A stretch of DNA of 42,638 nucleotides from Candidatus Woesearchaeota archaeon (GTDB taxonomy: Archaea > Nanobdellota > Nanobdellia > Pacearchaeales > GW2011-AR1), in assembly GCA_964472575.1 (NCBI GenBank), contig CAYYLH010000001.1, positions 1-42,638 on the forward strand, written 5' to 3'. Shown here piece after piece: positions 17,099 to 25,797 of this stretch. Each line of letters begins with the position of its first letter. Within the stretch, counting starts at the first letter, position 1. The translations under genes and the position numbers were made by a program. Under the pieces are notes generated by a model that was not told the origin of the DNA, did no database searches, and worked only from the letters and a program-made list of their open reading frames with translations.

Positions 17099-19126
17099 AT
17101 GGCACCAAAAGAGGAGCAAGATACAATAAATCATGAAGAACTACTTATAGAAGCTAAAAACTTCTTTAACACCCATAAAAAAGAAATAGGTAAAACAGCT
17201 AAATCAGGTAAAAATGTAGTTCAAATAGATTTTGAAAAACTATCAGAATTCTCACCAGAAATCTCAGAAAAACTAATAACAAATCCAGAAGATATCTTAC
17301 AAGTTCTAGAACTAGCACTAGAAGAGTCAGGACTAGTAAAAGGACCAAGAATAAGACTCTCATCAATAGCAAGGTCTCAAATAATAAAAATAAGAAATAT
17401 TAGAGCAAAACACCTATCAAACCTAATAGAAATAGAAGGAATAGTAAGACAAGCATCAGAAGTAAGACCCCAAGTAACCTCTGCTAAATTTGAATGTCCT
17501 TCATGTGGAACAATAATCTCAGTACTACAATTTGATAAAAAATTCAGAGAACCAACTCGTTGCTCTTGTGGAAGAAGAGGAGGATTTAAAGAAATTTCAA
17601 AAGAAATGGTAGATGCACAAAGACTTGTAATAGAAGAATCTCCAGACTCTTTAGACGGAGGAGAACAACCAAAAAGAATGAATGTATTTCTAAAAGAAGA
17701 CCTAGTAGAACCAAAAATGGAAGAAAAAACAACACCAGGTGCAAGAGTAAAAATCATAGGTGTATTAAAAGAAATCTCAATCCCTTTAGCAGCAGGAGGT
17801 GTATCAACAAGATATGATTTAGCAGTAGAAGCAAATAATATAATTCCAACAGAAGAATCATTTGAAGACCTAGAAATATCAGAAGAAGATGAACTAGAAA
17901 TAAAAGAACTAGCAGCAGACCCTAAAATATTTGAAAGACTAACAAAATCCATAGCACCTTCTATTTGGGGATATCCAGAAATAAAACAATCACTAGCACT
18001 ACAATTATTTGGAGGTGTAAAAAAACAAAGAAGTGATACAACAAAAACAAGAGGAGATATTCACATTTTAATGGTAGGAGACCCTGGTGTAGCTAAATCT
18101 GTACTATTAAAATTTATATCAGGAATAGCTCCAAAAGGAAGATATGTATCTGGTAAATCTACTTCAGGAGCAGGTCTAACAGCATCAGTAGTAAAAGATG
18201 AATTCTTAAAAGGCTGGTCTTTAGAAGCAGGTGCAATGGTTCTATCTAATAAAGGATTAATATGTATAGATGAATTAGAAAAAATGGATGAAAATGATAG
18301 AAGTACAATGCATGAAGCAATGGAGCAACAAACAGTAACAATATCTAAAGCAAATATCCAAGCAACACTTAGAGCACAAACAGCAGTTCTAGCAGCTGCA
18401 AATCCAAAATACGGAAGATTTGACCCTACTCAGATGATAGCAAAACAAGTAAACCTAGCACCACCATTACTATCTAGATTTGACATTATATTCATTCTAA
18501 GAGACCTTCCTGATAAAGAAAGAGATGAATCAATAGCTACACACGTACTAAGAGAACATCAACAAGAAGTAGTTCATGAAATCATAGATAAAAAACTACT
18601 AAGAAAATACATAGCATACTCAAGACAAAAAATAAATCCAAAACTAACAGACGAAGCAGTAGCAACAATAAAAGAATTCTATGTAAGACTAAGAAACCAA
18701 CCTTCTTATTCAGATTCAGGTGTAAAACCAATTCCAATAACAGCAAGACAACTAGAAGCACTAGTAAGAATAGCAGAAGCAACAGCTAGAGCAAGACTAA
18801 AAAAGAAAGTAACAAAAGAAGATGCAGATGAAGCAATCAAACTAATGAACTACTATCTAATGCAAGTAGGTTATGATGAAGAAACAAAAACATTTGACAT
18901 AGATAAAATAGCAGGAAACCCTGCTTCACAAAGAGGTAAAATCAATCTAGTCCAAGAAACACTAGAAAAACTAGAAGCAAGACTAGGAAAAAGAATTCCA
19001 ATAGAAGAAATAGAAAAAGAACTAAAACCAAGTATGAAACAAGACGAACTAGATGATATACTAAACAAACTAGTAAGAAACGGAGACCTATTCAGACCTA
19101 AAAAAGGATTTATACAAAGGATGTAA
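17099..19126 (+). CDS. mcm: Replicative helicase MCM
   Basis: Zn finger CPSCG...CSCG, Walker A GDPGVAKS, Walker B CIDELEKM, arginine-finger region SRFD, and a C-terminal wH domain. Confidence 0.95.
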   Translation: MAPKEEQDTINHEELLIEAKNFFNTHKKEIGKTAKSGKNVVQIDFEKLSEFSPEISEKLITNPEDILQVLELALEESGLVKGPRIRLSSIARSQIIKIRNIRAKHLSNLIEIEGIVRQASEVRPQVTSAKFECPSCGTIISVLQFDKKFREPTRCSCGRRGGFKEISKEMVDAQRLVIEESPDSLDGGEQPKRMNVFLKEDLVEPKMEEKTTPGARVKIIGVLKEISIPLAAGGVSTRYDLAVEANNIIPTEESFEDLEISEEDELEIKELAADPKIFERLTKSIAPSIWGYPEIKQSLALQLFGGVKKQRSDTTKTRGDIHILMVGDPGVAKSVLLKFISGIAPKGRYVSGKSTSGAGLTASVVKDEFLKGWSLEAGAMVLSNKGLICIDELEKMDENDRSTMHEAMEQQTVTISKANIQATLRAQTAVLAAANPKYGRFDPTQMIAKQVNLAPPLLSRFDIIFILRDLPDKERDESIATHVLREHQQEVVHEIIDKKLLRKYIAYSRQKINPKLTDEAVATIKEFYVRLRNQPSYSDSGVKPIPITARQLEALVRIAEATARARLKKKVTKEDADEAIKLMNYYLMQVGYDEETKTFDIDKIAGNPASQRGKINLVQETLEKLEARLGKRIPIEEIEKELKPSMKQDELDDILNKLVRNGDLFRPKKGFIQRM

Positions 19127-19181
19127 CTAACTATCATTATATCTCATAAATCTTTAAAAAACAAAATCAACATACATAATA

Positions 19182-19787
19182 ATGGAAGAAATAAAAAAGA
19201 GAAACACAGCATACAAACTAAGAATTGGTGATATTTTAAAATCAAAACCTATTAAAGACCAAGACAAACTAATCTGTGTAGAACTAGGTGATAAAAAAAT
19301 AAATAGAGTAAATCTTATAGCAAATGCAATAGAAAAATACATACAAGATGGAGAAAAGAAATACGCTTCTGTAACACTTGATGATGCTTCAGGACAAATC
19401 AGAATAAAATCCTTTGCAGATGATATAGAAATGCTAAAAAAAGTATCACAAGGAGACACACTTCAAATAATCGGAACAGTAAGAGAGTATAATGATGAAC
19501 TATACATTCTACCAGAAGTAGTAAAACCAATAGACCCTAAATGGTTATTAGTAAGAAAACTAGAAATACAAAACTCAAAAAAAGACCTTCCACAAGCAAA
19601 TAACTCAGCAAGAGACCAAATACTTAACAAGATAAAACAAGCAGAAGAAGACAATGGAATCGACACAGACCAACTACTAATGGATATAGAAGCTTCTCCA
19701 GATATAATTAATCAAGAGATAAAAAAACTTCTAGAAGAAGGCCTTGTCTATGAACCTAGACCAGGTAGATTAAGATATTTGGGATAG
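19182..19787 (+). CDS. OB-fold plus winged-helix protein, RPA32-like single-stranded DNA-binding subunit
   Basis: Central OB-like segment (NRVNLIANAIEKY...ASVTLDDASGQIRIKSF...LQIIGTVREYNDELYILPEV) and C-terminal wH (IDTDQLLMDI...EIKKLLEEGLVYEPRPGRLRYL). Lies immediately after mcm. Confidence 0.55.
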   Translation: MEEIKKRNTAYKLRIGDILKSKPIKDQDKLICVELGDKKINRVNLIANAIEKYIQDGEKKYASVTLDDASGQIRIKSFADDIEMLKKVSQGDTLQIIGTVREYNDELYILPEVVKPIDPKWLLVRKLEIQNSKKDLPQANNSARDQILNKIKQAEEDNGIDTDQLLMDIEASPDIINQEIKKLLEEGLVYEPRPGRLRYLG

Positions 19788-19833
19788 ATCACACACCAAA
19801 AACCCTTAAAAACCCTTAAATCCACACATATAT

Positions 19834-20229
19834 ATGAATTACGAAGAATTACTAGAACAAGCTTATGAAAAAGTAACTCCTTGCAAAGCTTGTGAAAGAT
19901 ATGAAATAAAAAAACCAGAAACACTAATTCAAGGAACAAAAACAATAATTTCTAACTTTATGCAAGTAGCTAATTCTATTGGTAGAAAACCAGAACACAT
20001 ACAAAAATTTCTATTAAAAGAACTAGCATCAAAAGGAAACATACAAGGAGATAGATTAATTCTAACAAGAAAAATACCAGAAAAAACAATATGTGATAAA
20101 ATCCAAAAATATATGGATAAATTTGTAATCTGTGTAGCATGTAAAAAACCAGACACAGAACTAATAGAAGAATCAGGTCATAAATATATACGATGTATGG
20201 CTTGTGGACATAAACAAAGAATAGCATAA
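19834..20229 (+). CDS. eif2b: Translation initiation factor aIF2 beta subunit
   Basis: YEELLEQAYEK..., ISNFMQVANSIGRKPEHIQKFLLKELA, and C-terminal Zn ribbon CVACKKPDT...CMACG. Confidence 0.9.
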   Translation: MNYEELLEQAYEKVTPCKACERYEIKKPETLIQGTKTIISNFMQVANSIGRKPEHIQKFLLKELASKGNIQGDRLILTRKIPEKTICDKIQKYMDKFVICVACKKPDTELIEESGHKYIRCMACGHKQRIA

Positions 20230-20234
20230 TCAAA

Positions 20235-20240
20235 AGGAGG
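20235..20240 (+). promoter_or_regulatory. Shine-Dalgarno motif AGGAGG, 6 nt before the ATG at 20247
   Basis: Read directly from the sequence. Same motif and spacing as the pilin gene at 31259. Confidence 0.6.
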
Positions 20241-20246
20241 TAAAAA

Positions 20247-20393
20247 ATGACAGAAGGATATTGTGTAAAATGCAAAAAAAAGGTTGAAATGAAAGACCCT
20301 GTTGAAAGCACAACAAAAAAAGGTACTAAGATAGCTAAAGGTAAGTGCCCTAATTGTAATACAACAGTTTGCAGAATGGGCGGAATAAAATAA
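20247..20393 (+). CDS. Small zinc-ribbon protein (48 aa; not in the ORF track)
   Basis: ATG preceded by AGGAGG. Translation MTEGYCVKCKKKVEMKDPVESTTKKGTKIAKGKCPNCNTTVCRMGGIK carries a CxxC...CxxC ribbon. Confidence 0.6.
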   Translation: MTEGYCVKCKKKVEMKDPVESTTKKGTKIAKGKCPNCNTTVCRMGGIK

Positions 20394-20443
20394 AACCCAT
20401 TATAAATTTAAATAAGAATTAAATTACTAATTAGAATTTTAAA

Positions 20444-20752
20444 ATGCTGATTAAAATACATAATGCATACAGACTAGTTGTAGCTGTGTGTGATAAAGAG
20501 CTTATAGGAAAGAAATTCCAACAAGAGATAAATGGAAAACCAATGCAACTAGACCTAACAGGTGGTTTCTTTAAAGGAGAACAACTAGAAGAAAAAGAAA
20601 TCATAACTAAACTTAAAGATGCAAAAAGAGAAGATGCCACTTTCAATTTTGTAGGTGATAAGTCTTGTAATCTTGCTTTAAAACTTAATCTAATCAAACC
20701 AGAAGCAATCTCTAAAATCCAAAATATTCCATGTGCTTTAGTTTTAGTTTAA
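20444..20752 (+). CDS. DUF424-like archaeal protein
   Basis: MLIKIHNAYRLVVAVCDKELIGKKF is the typical DUF424 start, and the length of about 100 aa fits the family. Confidence 0.6.
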   Translation: MLIKIHNAYRLVVAVCDKELIGKKFQQEINGKPMQLDLTGGFFKGEQLEEKEIITKLKDAKREDATFNFVGDKSCNLALKLNLIKPEAISKIQNIPCALVLV

Positions 20753-20760
20753 TCCCCAGA

Positions 20761-20768
20761 TTTATAAA
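20761..20768 (+). promoter_or_regulatory. TATA box (TTTATAAA) for leaderless aIF1A
   Basis: Its centre is about 26 nt upstream of the ATG at 20790. Confidence 0.5.
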
Positions 20769-20789
20769 CCCTAAATCATAATTCTTAGT

Positions 20790-21113
20790 ATGTACAAAAA
20801 AGATAATAACATAAATGAAGAAAACAAACCTGTAAGAGTAAAACTTCCAAAAAGTAATGAAGTAATTGGAATTATAACTCAAAGACTAGGAGCAGGTAGA
20901 ATGTTTGTCTCTTGTATGGATGGAAAAACAAGAAACTGCAGAGTTCCAGGAAGAAAAAGAAGAGAACTCTGGTTAAGAGAAGGAGATGCAGTTATAGTAG
21001 AACCCTGGGAATTTGATAATGAAAAAGCAGATGTTCTATACAAATACACAAAAGCACAAGCTCAAAGACTAAAACAACAAGGTCATCTAAAAGCAGTTGA
21101 TTCTGAATTCTAA
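20790..21113 (+). CDS. eif1a: Translation initiation factor aIF1A
   Basis: S1-like OB segment EVIGIITQRLGAGRMFVSCMDGKTRNCRVPGRKRRELWLREGDAVIVEPWEF. Confidence 0.9.
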   Translation: MYKKDNNINEENKPVRVKLPKSNEVIGIITQRLGAGRMFVSCMDGKTRNCRVPGRKRRELWLREGDAVIVEPWEFDNEKADVLYKYTKAQAQRLKQQGHLKAVDSEF

Positions 21114-21114
21114 A

Positions 21115-21651
21115 ATGCACTCTCTAGCTATAAACAGCCCTAGAAAGATAAAACAAGCAACCCCAAAAATAGAAGCTAAACTAAAAATTAACATCCAAGT
21201 CAAAGGGAAAAAAGCAATAGTAAAAGGTAATGAATTAAATGAATATATTGCTATCCAAATTCTATCAGCTATTGATTATGGTTTTAATGTAGAAGACGCA
21301 CTTTTATTACTAGACCAAGAATACTCATTTAAGGTAATTAATATAAAAGACCATACAAAAAGAAAAAAACTTGCAGATGTAAGAGCAAGAGTAATAGGAA
21401 CACAAGGAAAAGCAAAACAAACACTAGCTAATCTAACTAATTCTAAAATAACAATAAAAAATAATGAAGTAGCTATAATCTCACATGCAGAAAATGTAGA
21501 AGCTCTAACCCAAGCAGTAATCTCTCTTGCACAAGGTGCTAAACACGGAAATGTTTTTGCTTATCTAGAAAAACAAAACAGAAATCTTAGATATCTTGAT
21601 AAAGATGATTTAGGTTTAAAAGGTAAATTCAAAAAGATTGAAGTGGAATAA
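21115..21651 (+). CDS. KH-domain RNA-binding protein (aDim2p/Pno1-like)
   Basis: Two KH-like modules (GxxG-type VIGTQGKAKQTLANLT). Conserved archaeal placement after aIF1A. The ATG at 21115 follows the aIF1A stop. Confidence 0.7.
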   Translation: MHSLAINSPRKIKQATPKIEAKLKINIQVKGKKAIVKGNELNEYIAIQILSAIDYGFNVEDALLLLDQEYSFKVINIKDHTKRKKLADVRARVIGTQGKAKQTLANLTNSKITIKNNEVAIISHAENVEALTQAVISLAQGAKHGNVFAYLEKQNRNLRYLDKDDLGLKGKFKKIEVE

Positions 21652-21712
21652 ATCGCCTTATTAGCTAATTAGGGAAGGAAAGATTTATATAATTTCAAAG
21701 ATTATTAATTGA

Positions 21713-22492
21713 ATGTATCTTCTACTAAAAAATCAAAGAGCCATTTTAAAAAAAGCAATCAAAGAAGAAGGTTCATATAGAAAATTAGCAAGAGAAATTA
21801 ATATTCCTTCTTCGTCATTGCTAAGATACTCTTATGGCTCTCCAATCCCAATACAAAGAGCGAAAATTATAATGAATTTTCTTAATCTTTCAGAGAATAG
21901 AATCAAAAAAAGATTACCAAATAACTTCAAGCAAAAACTTGGAGGGAAAAATTGTGTTTTAGCTAAAAAGAAGAAAGGAACCTTTGAAAAAGATATGAGA
22001 AATATCCAAAAAAGACAATCTGATAAATTAAAGAAATGGCACAGAAAAATGAAAGATCAAAATCCAAAAGAATATTATAAACTACAATATTCTAGATTTA
22101 AAAAAATTTCAGGATACAAATATAAAACAAAAAGGGGTGAAAAAGTAAGAAATTTATTTGAAAAACAAGTAGCAGATATTTTATATGACCTTGGAGTTGA
22201 CTATCAATATGAAACCCTAATAAAATCTAATAATAAATATTTCTTTCCAGATTTTATTATTAATAATGAGATAATTTTAGAATGTACAGCCTGGAAAGGA
22301 GAAACAAAAGCATATAAACTAAAAGAAAAAATAGCTCATTTGAGTAAAAATTATCAAATCTATGTAGTCATTCCAAAAGCTTTATATAGATACTATGGAA
22401 TACTTGAATATTGTCTAATCCTTGGATTAGATGAACTTGCTTCGGTAGCTCAGACTTATCTTTCAGCTAAAACTGGAAGACAGGAGCAATAG
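21713..22492 (+). CDS. HTH plus PD-(D/E)XK-like nuclease-domain protein; 3' end runs 54 nt into the tRNA-Asn gene
   Basis: N-terminal HTH-like GSYRKLAREINIPSSSLLRYSYG. C-terminal VADILYDLGVDYQYE...YFFPDFIINNEIILECTAWKG fits a D...E-x-K nuclease core. Confidence 0.5.
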   Translation: MYLLLKNQRAILKKAIKEEGSYRKLAREINIPSSSLLRYSYGSPIPIQRAKIIMNFLNLSENRIKKRLPNNFKQKLGGKNCVLAKKKKGTFEKDMRNIQKRQSDKLKKWHRKMKDQNPKEYYKLQYSRFKKISGYKYKTKRGEKVRNLFEKQVADILYDLGVDYQYETLIKSNNKYFFPDFIINNEIILECTAWKGETKAYKLKEKIAHLSKNYQIYVVIPKALYRYYGILEYCLILGLDELASVAQTYLSAKTGRQEQ

Positions 22493-22581
22493 GTAGAGCG
22501 CGCGGCTGTTACAAGTCGTGTCTTGCCAAGGTAGGCAATGCAGAAACCGCGTTGTCAGAGGTTCGAGTCCTCTCCGAAGCG
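22439..22581 (+). tRNA. tRNA-Asn (anticodon GUU) with two putative introns (D-loop ~22454-22490; canonical 37/38 ~22512-22545)
   Basis: Manual fold: acceptor GCTTCGG/CCGAAGC plus discriminator G, and D stem GCTC(22448-51)/GAGC(22496-99). Anticodon stem CGCGG(22501-05)/CCGCG(22547-51) with loop C-T-GTT-A. Variable loop TTGTC and T arm AGAGG-TTCGAGT-CCTCT. Both inserts contain internal hairpins: CTTTCAG/CTGGAAG and TTGCC/GGCAA. Confidence 0.7.
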
Positions 22582-22752
22582 TTTTCCTTTTTCTCGAACC
22601 GATGACTTGTCAGAGGCGAGCATCTTTGCTTTTGACAATATAGTTTAATTAAACAAAAGTGAAGTGTGAGTAGAGTCCTCTCCGAAGCGTTTTTCCTTTC
22701 CTATTTAATTCTCAAACCAATGACTTGTCAGGATTAAAAAAAGACAATATAT
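22565..22752 (+). repeat. ~85-bp direct duplication (period 108 bp) of the tRNA-Asn 3' end plus downstream sequence
   Basis: gagtcctctccgaagcgtttt...c(g/a)aacc(g/a)atgacttgtcag...gacaatata occurs at 22565-22645 and again at 22673-22752. Confidence 0.85.
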
Positions 22753-22756
22753 AAAA
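22748..22756 (+). promoter_or_regulatory. TATA box (TATATAAAA) for a leaderless nitroreductase transcript
   Basis: Its centre is about 27 nt upstream of the ATG at 22779. Confidence 0.45.
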
Positions 22757-22778
22757 ACCCAAAAAACATAATAAACAT

Positions 22779-23348
22779 ATGGACATAGAAAAAGCCATAA
22801 AAACAAGAAAGAGTGTGAAAAGATATTCAACTACAAAGAAACCAGACTGGAGAAAAATTCTAAGAGCAATTGACCTAGCACGATACGCACCAATGGCTGG
22901 AAACTTATTCAATCTTCAATTCATCTTAGTATCTGACCAAGAAAAAATAAAAAAAATAGCAAATGCAGCTTCTCAACCATTTATCAAAGACGCACCTTAC
23001 TTAATTGTAATTACTTCTGATTCTAAAAAACAAAAACAAATGTATGAAGAAAGAGGAATAAAATACACAAAACAACAAGCAGGAGCAGCAATACAAAACA
23101 TCTTACTCGGACTAAACAAATACAAATACGTAACCTGTTGGATAGGACATTTTGAAGATAACCTAGTAAAAAGAACTCTAAAGATTCCAAGCAAAATAGA
23201 TATAGAAGCAATCCTTCCAATAGCAAGAGCAACAAAAATTAGACAAGAAGAAAAACACAAACCAGAACTAGATTCTAGAATGTTCTTTGATGAATATAAA
23301 AATAAAAAAATGCAACCTCTAACAAGATTAAAGCATGAAAATGCTTAA
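22779..23348 (+). CDS. Nitroreductase-family protein
   Basis: IEKAIKTRKSVKRYSTTKKPDW..ILRAIDLARYAPMAGNLFNLQFILV is the classic nitroreductase N-terminus. Confidence 0.8.
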   Translation: MDIEKAIKTRKSVKRYSTTKKPDWRKILRAIDLARYAPMAGNLFNLQFILVSDQEKIKKIANAASQPFIKDAPYLIVITSDSKKQKQMYEERGIKYTKQQAGAAIQNILLGLNKYKYVTCWIGHFEDNLVKRTLKIPSKIDIEAILPIARATKIRQEEKHKPELDSRMFFDEYKNKKMQPLTRLKHENA

Positions 23349-23397
23349 GATTTAAAAAATTTATAATTCTAGTAATCTAAACTTTCAAAACCAACAA

Positions 23398-23477
23398 GAT
23401 TAATTAATCTAAGTCAAATCTTAGCAACCTATTATTAAAATTAATAATATAAATAATCTCCCAGACACACTAACTAA
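23398..23477 (+). repeat. Dispersed intergenic repeat, short-spacer A+B variant
   Basis: gattaattaatctaagtcaaatcttagcaacct ... aataatctcccagacacactaac. Same subfamily as the copy at 26835-26878. Confidence 0.6.
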
Positions 23478-23524
23478 AAAACCAAAATAAAAAAATAAAA
23501 AAACCAGCAAAGCTGGTATAAAAT

Positions 23525-24601
23525 TTAAGATAAATCTTCTATGCCTAAGTCATTAATCTCAGGTGCAGCGTGTTGTTCAAAACTAGATTCCTTACCTAAA
23601 ATATAAGGACTCTTAACACCAGTCATAATAGTAATCACTCTTATTCTACCTTGCATCTCTTTATTAATCCTAGCACCAATAATAACTTGCGCATCAGGTG
23701 AGATATTCTCTGTAACTAATCTACCAATATTATCAAACTCTTCTAACTTCATATCAGGTCCACATGTAATGTGCACTAAAGCACCAGTAGCCCCTCTATA
23801 ATCCACATCTAATAATGGATGTGTTAGAGCTTGTTGAACAGCAGTATCTACTCTTGCAGTTGAATTATCCTCTCCAATACCTATAACAGCTACATCTCCA
23901 TTCTTCATAATAGAAGATACATCAGCATAGTCTAAATTAATCAGAGAAGGCAGTGTAATAGTCTCAACAATACCTTTTATCATTGTACTAACTAATTCAT
24001 TAGCAACAGCAAATGCTTGTTCCATTGGCAATTGTCCAGCAATATCTACTAACCTATTGTTATCTAAAACAATAGCAGTATCAGTAACTTCTCTTAACTC
24101 TTGTAATCCAAACTCTGCTTTATCAATTCTAGCTTTCTCAGCTTCGAATGGCATTGTAGTAACAGAAATTACTACAGCTCCTGCTTCTTTAGCTAATTGA
24201 GCAACAACTGGAATTGCTCCAGTTCCTGTTCCTCCACCCATACCAGCTAGAACAAAGACCATATCTGAACCCGAAACAGCCTTCTTCAAGTCAGTAAGAG
24301 CTTCTTTAGCAGCTTCTCTACCTTTTGCAGGATAACCACCAGCACCTAGACCTCTAGTCAATTCCTTACCAATAAGAATCTTCTCATCAGCTTTTGTAAT
24401 TGATAAATGCAAAGCATCTGTATTAACAGCATAAATATTTGCTCCATTAATACCTTTGTTAAAAAGCCATGTAGCCATATTACATCCACATCCACCAACA
24501 CCGAAAACCTTGATGTTAGCTTTCCCAGCCTTTAACTCGTCAAAGTTAATACTATTCTTTTCTACGTTTTCTATTGCCTCTTTTGCAAAATCTAAAGCCA
24601 T
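23525..24601 (-). CDS. ftsZ: Cell division GTPase FtsZ
   Basis: IKVFGVGGCGCN, tubulin signature GMGGGTGTGAIPVVA, and NLDYADV. Confidence 0.95.
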   Translation of the reverse strand: MALDFAKEAIENVEKNSINFDELKAGKANIKVFGVGGCGCNMATWLFNKGINGANIYAVNTDALHLSITKADEKILIGKELTRGLGAGGYPAKGREAAKEALTDLKKAVSGSDMVFVLAGMGGGTGTGAIPVVAQLAKEAGAVVISVTTMPFEAEKARIDKAEFGLQELREVTDTAIVLDNNRLVDIAGQLPMEQAFAVANELVSTMIKGIVETITLPSLINLDYADVSSIMKNGDVAVIGIGEDNSTARVDTAVQQALTHPLLDVDYRGATGALVHITCGPDMKLEEFDNIGRLVTENISPDAQVIIGARINKEMQGRIRVITIMTGVKSPYILGKESSFEQHAAPEINDLGIEDLS

Positions 24602-24679
24602 GTATTTTAACCTCCTTTTGGTTGTTAGTATTTACAAAGAATTCCTATTTAAAAATACTATTGTTTTTTTCCACAACAA

Positions 24680-25750
24680 TCATGCAACTTCTTTTCCTTG
24701 ATTTTCACCAAGAGGAACTAGTAATGAACATAACTCACTCATACTCACAACCTCTAAAGTAATATTTCTATCACCAGAACCAGAATAAACAACCAACTTA
24801 TCACTATCACATCCCATCTTCAATCCAGCAGTAGGAAAAGCTATTCTTTTTTTAATCTCTCCTTCATCTAAAACATCCTGCTCACTAGGAATAAATAAAG
24901 GTTGTTTAGATTTACTAATTAGTTTAAATGTTTTAGGACATAACTCACAAAAGCTTCCTTGATAAAGAAAATCATTCCCTTTTCTTGAAACTCCATGATA
25001 TAATCCTAAAAACCTATTATCTACAAAAATAGGAATTCCTAATCCAACTTTCTCTTGTTCCCACTCTTCTGAAGGATTCATCACAACTCTCTCATCTAAT
25101 CTTTCTAAATAATCTCTCCAATAACCTTCATCTTTAAAATCATTTAAATTATCAGCAATAGCTACCTGAATTCCAGGCTCTAACCTATGCCACATCACCC
25201 ACTTACCACCCCGCCTCTCTACTACTGCATCCTTATCATGTAAATAACTCTTTTTCCCAGACATTTCATCTTCTTTCAAAATTCTCTCCCATCTCTCTTT
25301 ATAATACTCACTTCCAACAATCTCAACAGCCTGCTCTAGTGTAAACTGAGGCCCAATAACCCCTTTCTTTTCAACTCCTTTAAAATCCCTATCACTAACA
25401 GCTAAACACACTCTTGCTTTTTCACCATCATAACCAGCATAAGTAATATAAACCTCATCATCAACACCAGAAACACGAGCATCTTCACACCCCCTTGAAT
25501 CATACTCTTTATCAGGATATAATAAGTTATTTACAGTATTAACTAATTCAAAAGGATTTCTTAAAAAGCCATAATCAGTAATAGAATACTCTTTTCCTTG
25601 AAAAACTCTTCTAGACCTATATAAAAATACATTTTCTTCATCATCTCCTTTAGAATAAATTGTAGGATTTAAAACAGCTATTTCACCCTTACTTATATTT
25701 GGTTCTAACAACACCCTTCGCATTCGCGAATCAGGTTCATCTTCTTCCAT
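24680..25750 (-). CDS. GH130-like glycosidase/phosphorylase (DUF377-type beta-propeller)
   Basis: CEDARV, YITYAGYDG, HDKDAVV, WVMWHRL, LGLYHGV and LVVYSGSGD follow the order of GH130 conserved blocks. Confidence 0.65.
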   Translation of the reverse strand: MEEDEPDSRMRRVLLEPNISKGEIAVLNPTIYSKGDDEENVFLYRSRRVFQGKEYSITDYGFLRNPFELVNTVNNLLYPDKEYDSRGCEDARVSGVDDEVYITYAGYDGEKARVCLAVSDRDFKGVEKKGVIGPQFTLEQAVEIVGSEYYKERWERILKEDEMSGKKSYLHDKDAVVERRGGKWVMWHRLEPGIQVAIADNLNDFKDEGYWRDYLERLDERVVMNPSEEWEQEKVGLGIPIFVDNRFLGLYHGVSRKGNDFLYQGSFCELCPKTFKLISKSKQPLFIPSEQDVLDEGEIKKRIAFPTAGLKMGCDSDKLVVYSGSGDRNITLEVVSMSELCSLLVPLGENQGKEVA

Positions 25751-25797
25751 TTTATAATAAACAACTATTCAACCCTACTTATAAACATTATGAATAA

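Noticed and set aside
19797-19820. aaaaaccctta x2 tandem motif upstream of aIF2-beta, superficially telomere-like
   Set aside because: There are only two copies, inside a normal promoter-length spacer. It is most simply a duplicated BRE/TATA-like box (cttaaaaa/cttaaat).
22673-22689. Second copy of the tRNA 3' end as a split-tRNA 3' half gene
   Set aside because: Only the last 17 nt (part of the T arm plus the acceptor) are present. There is no complete T arm, no anticodon-side sequence, and no complementary leader of the kind seen in split tRNA genes.
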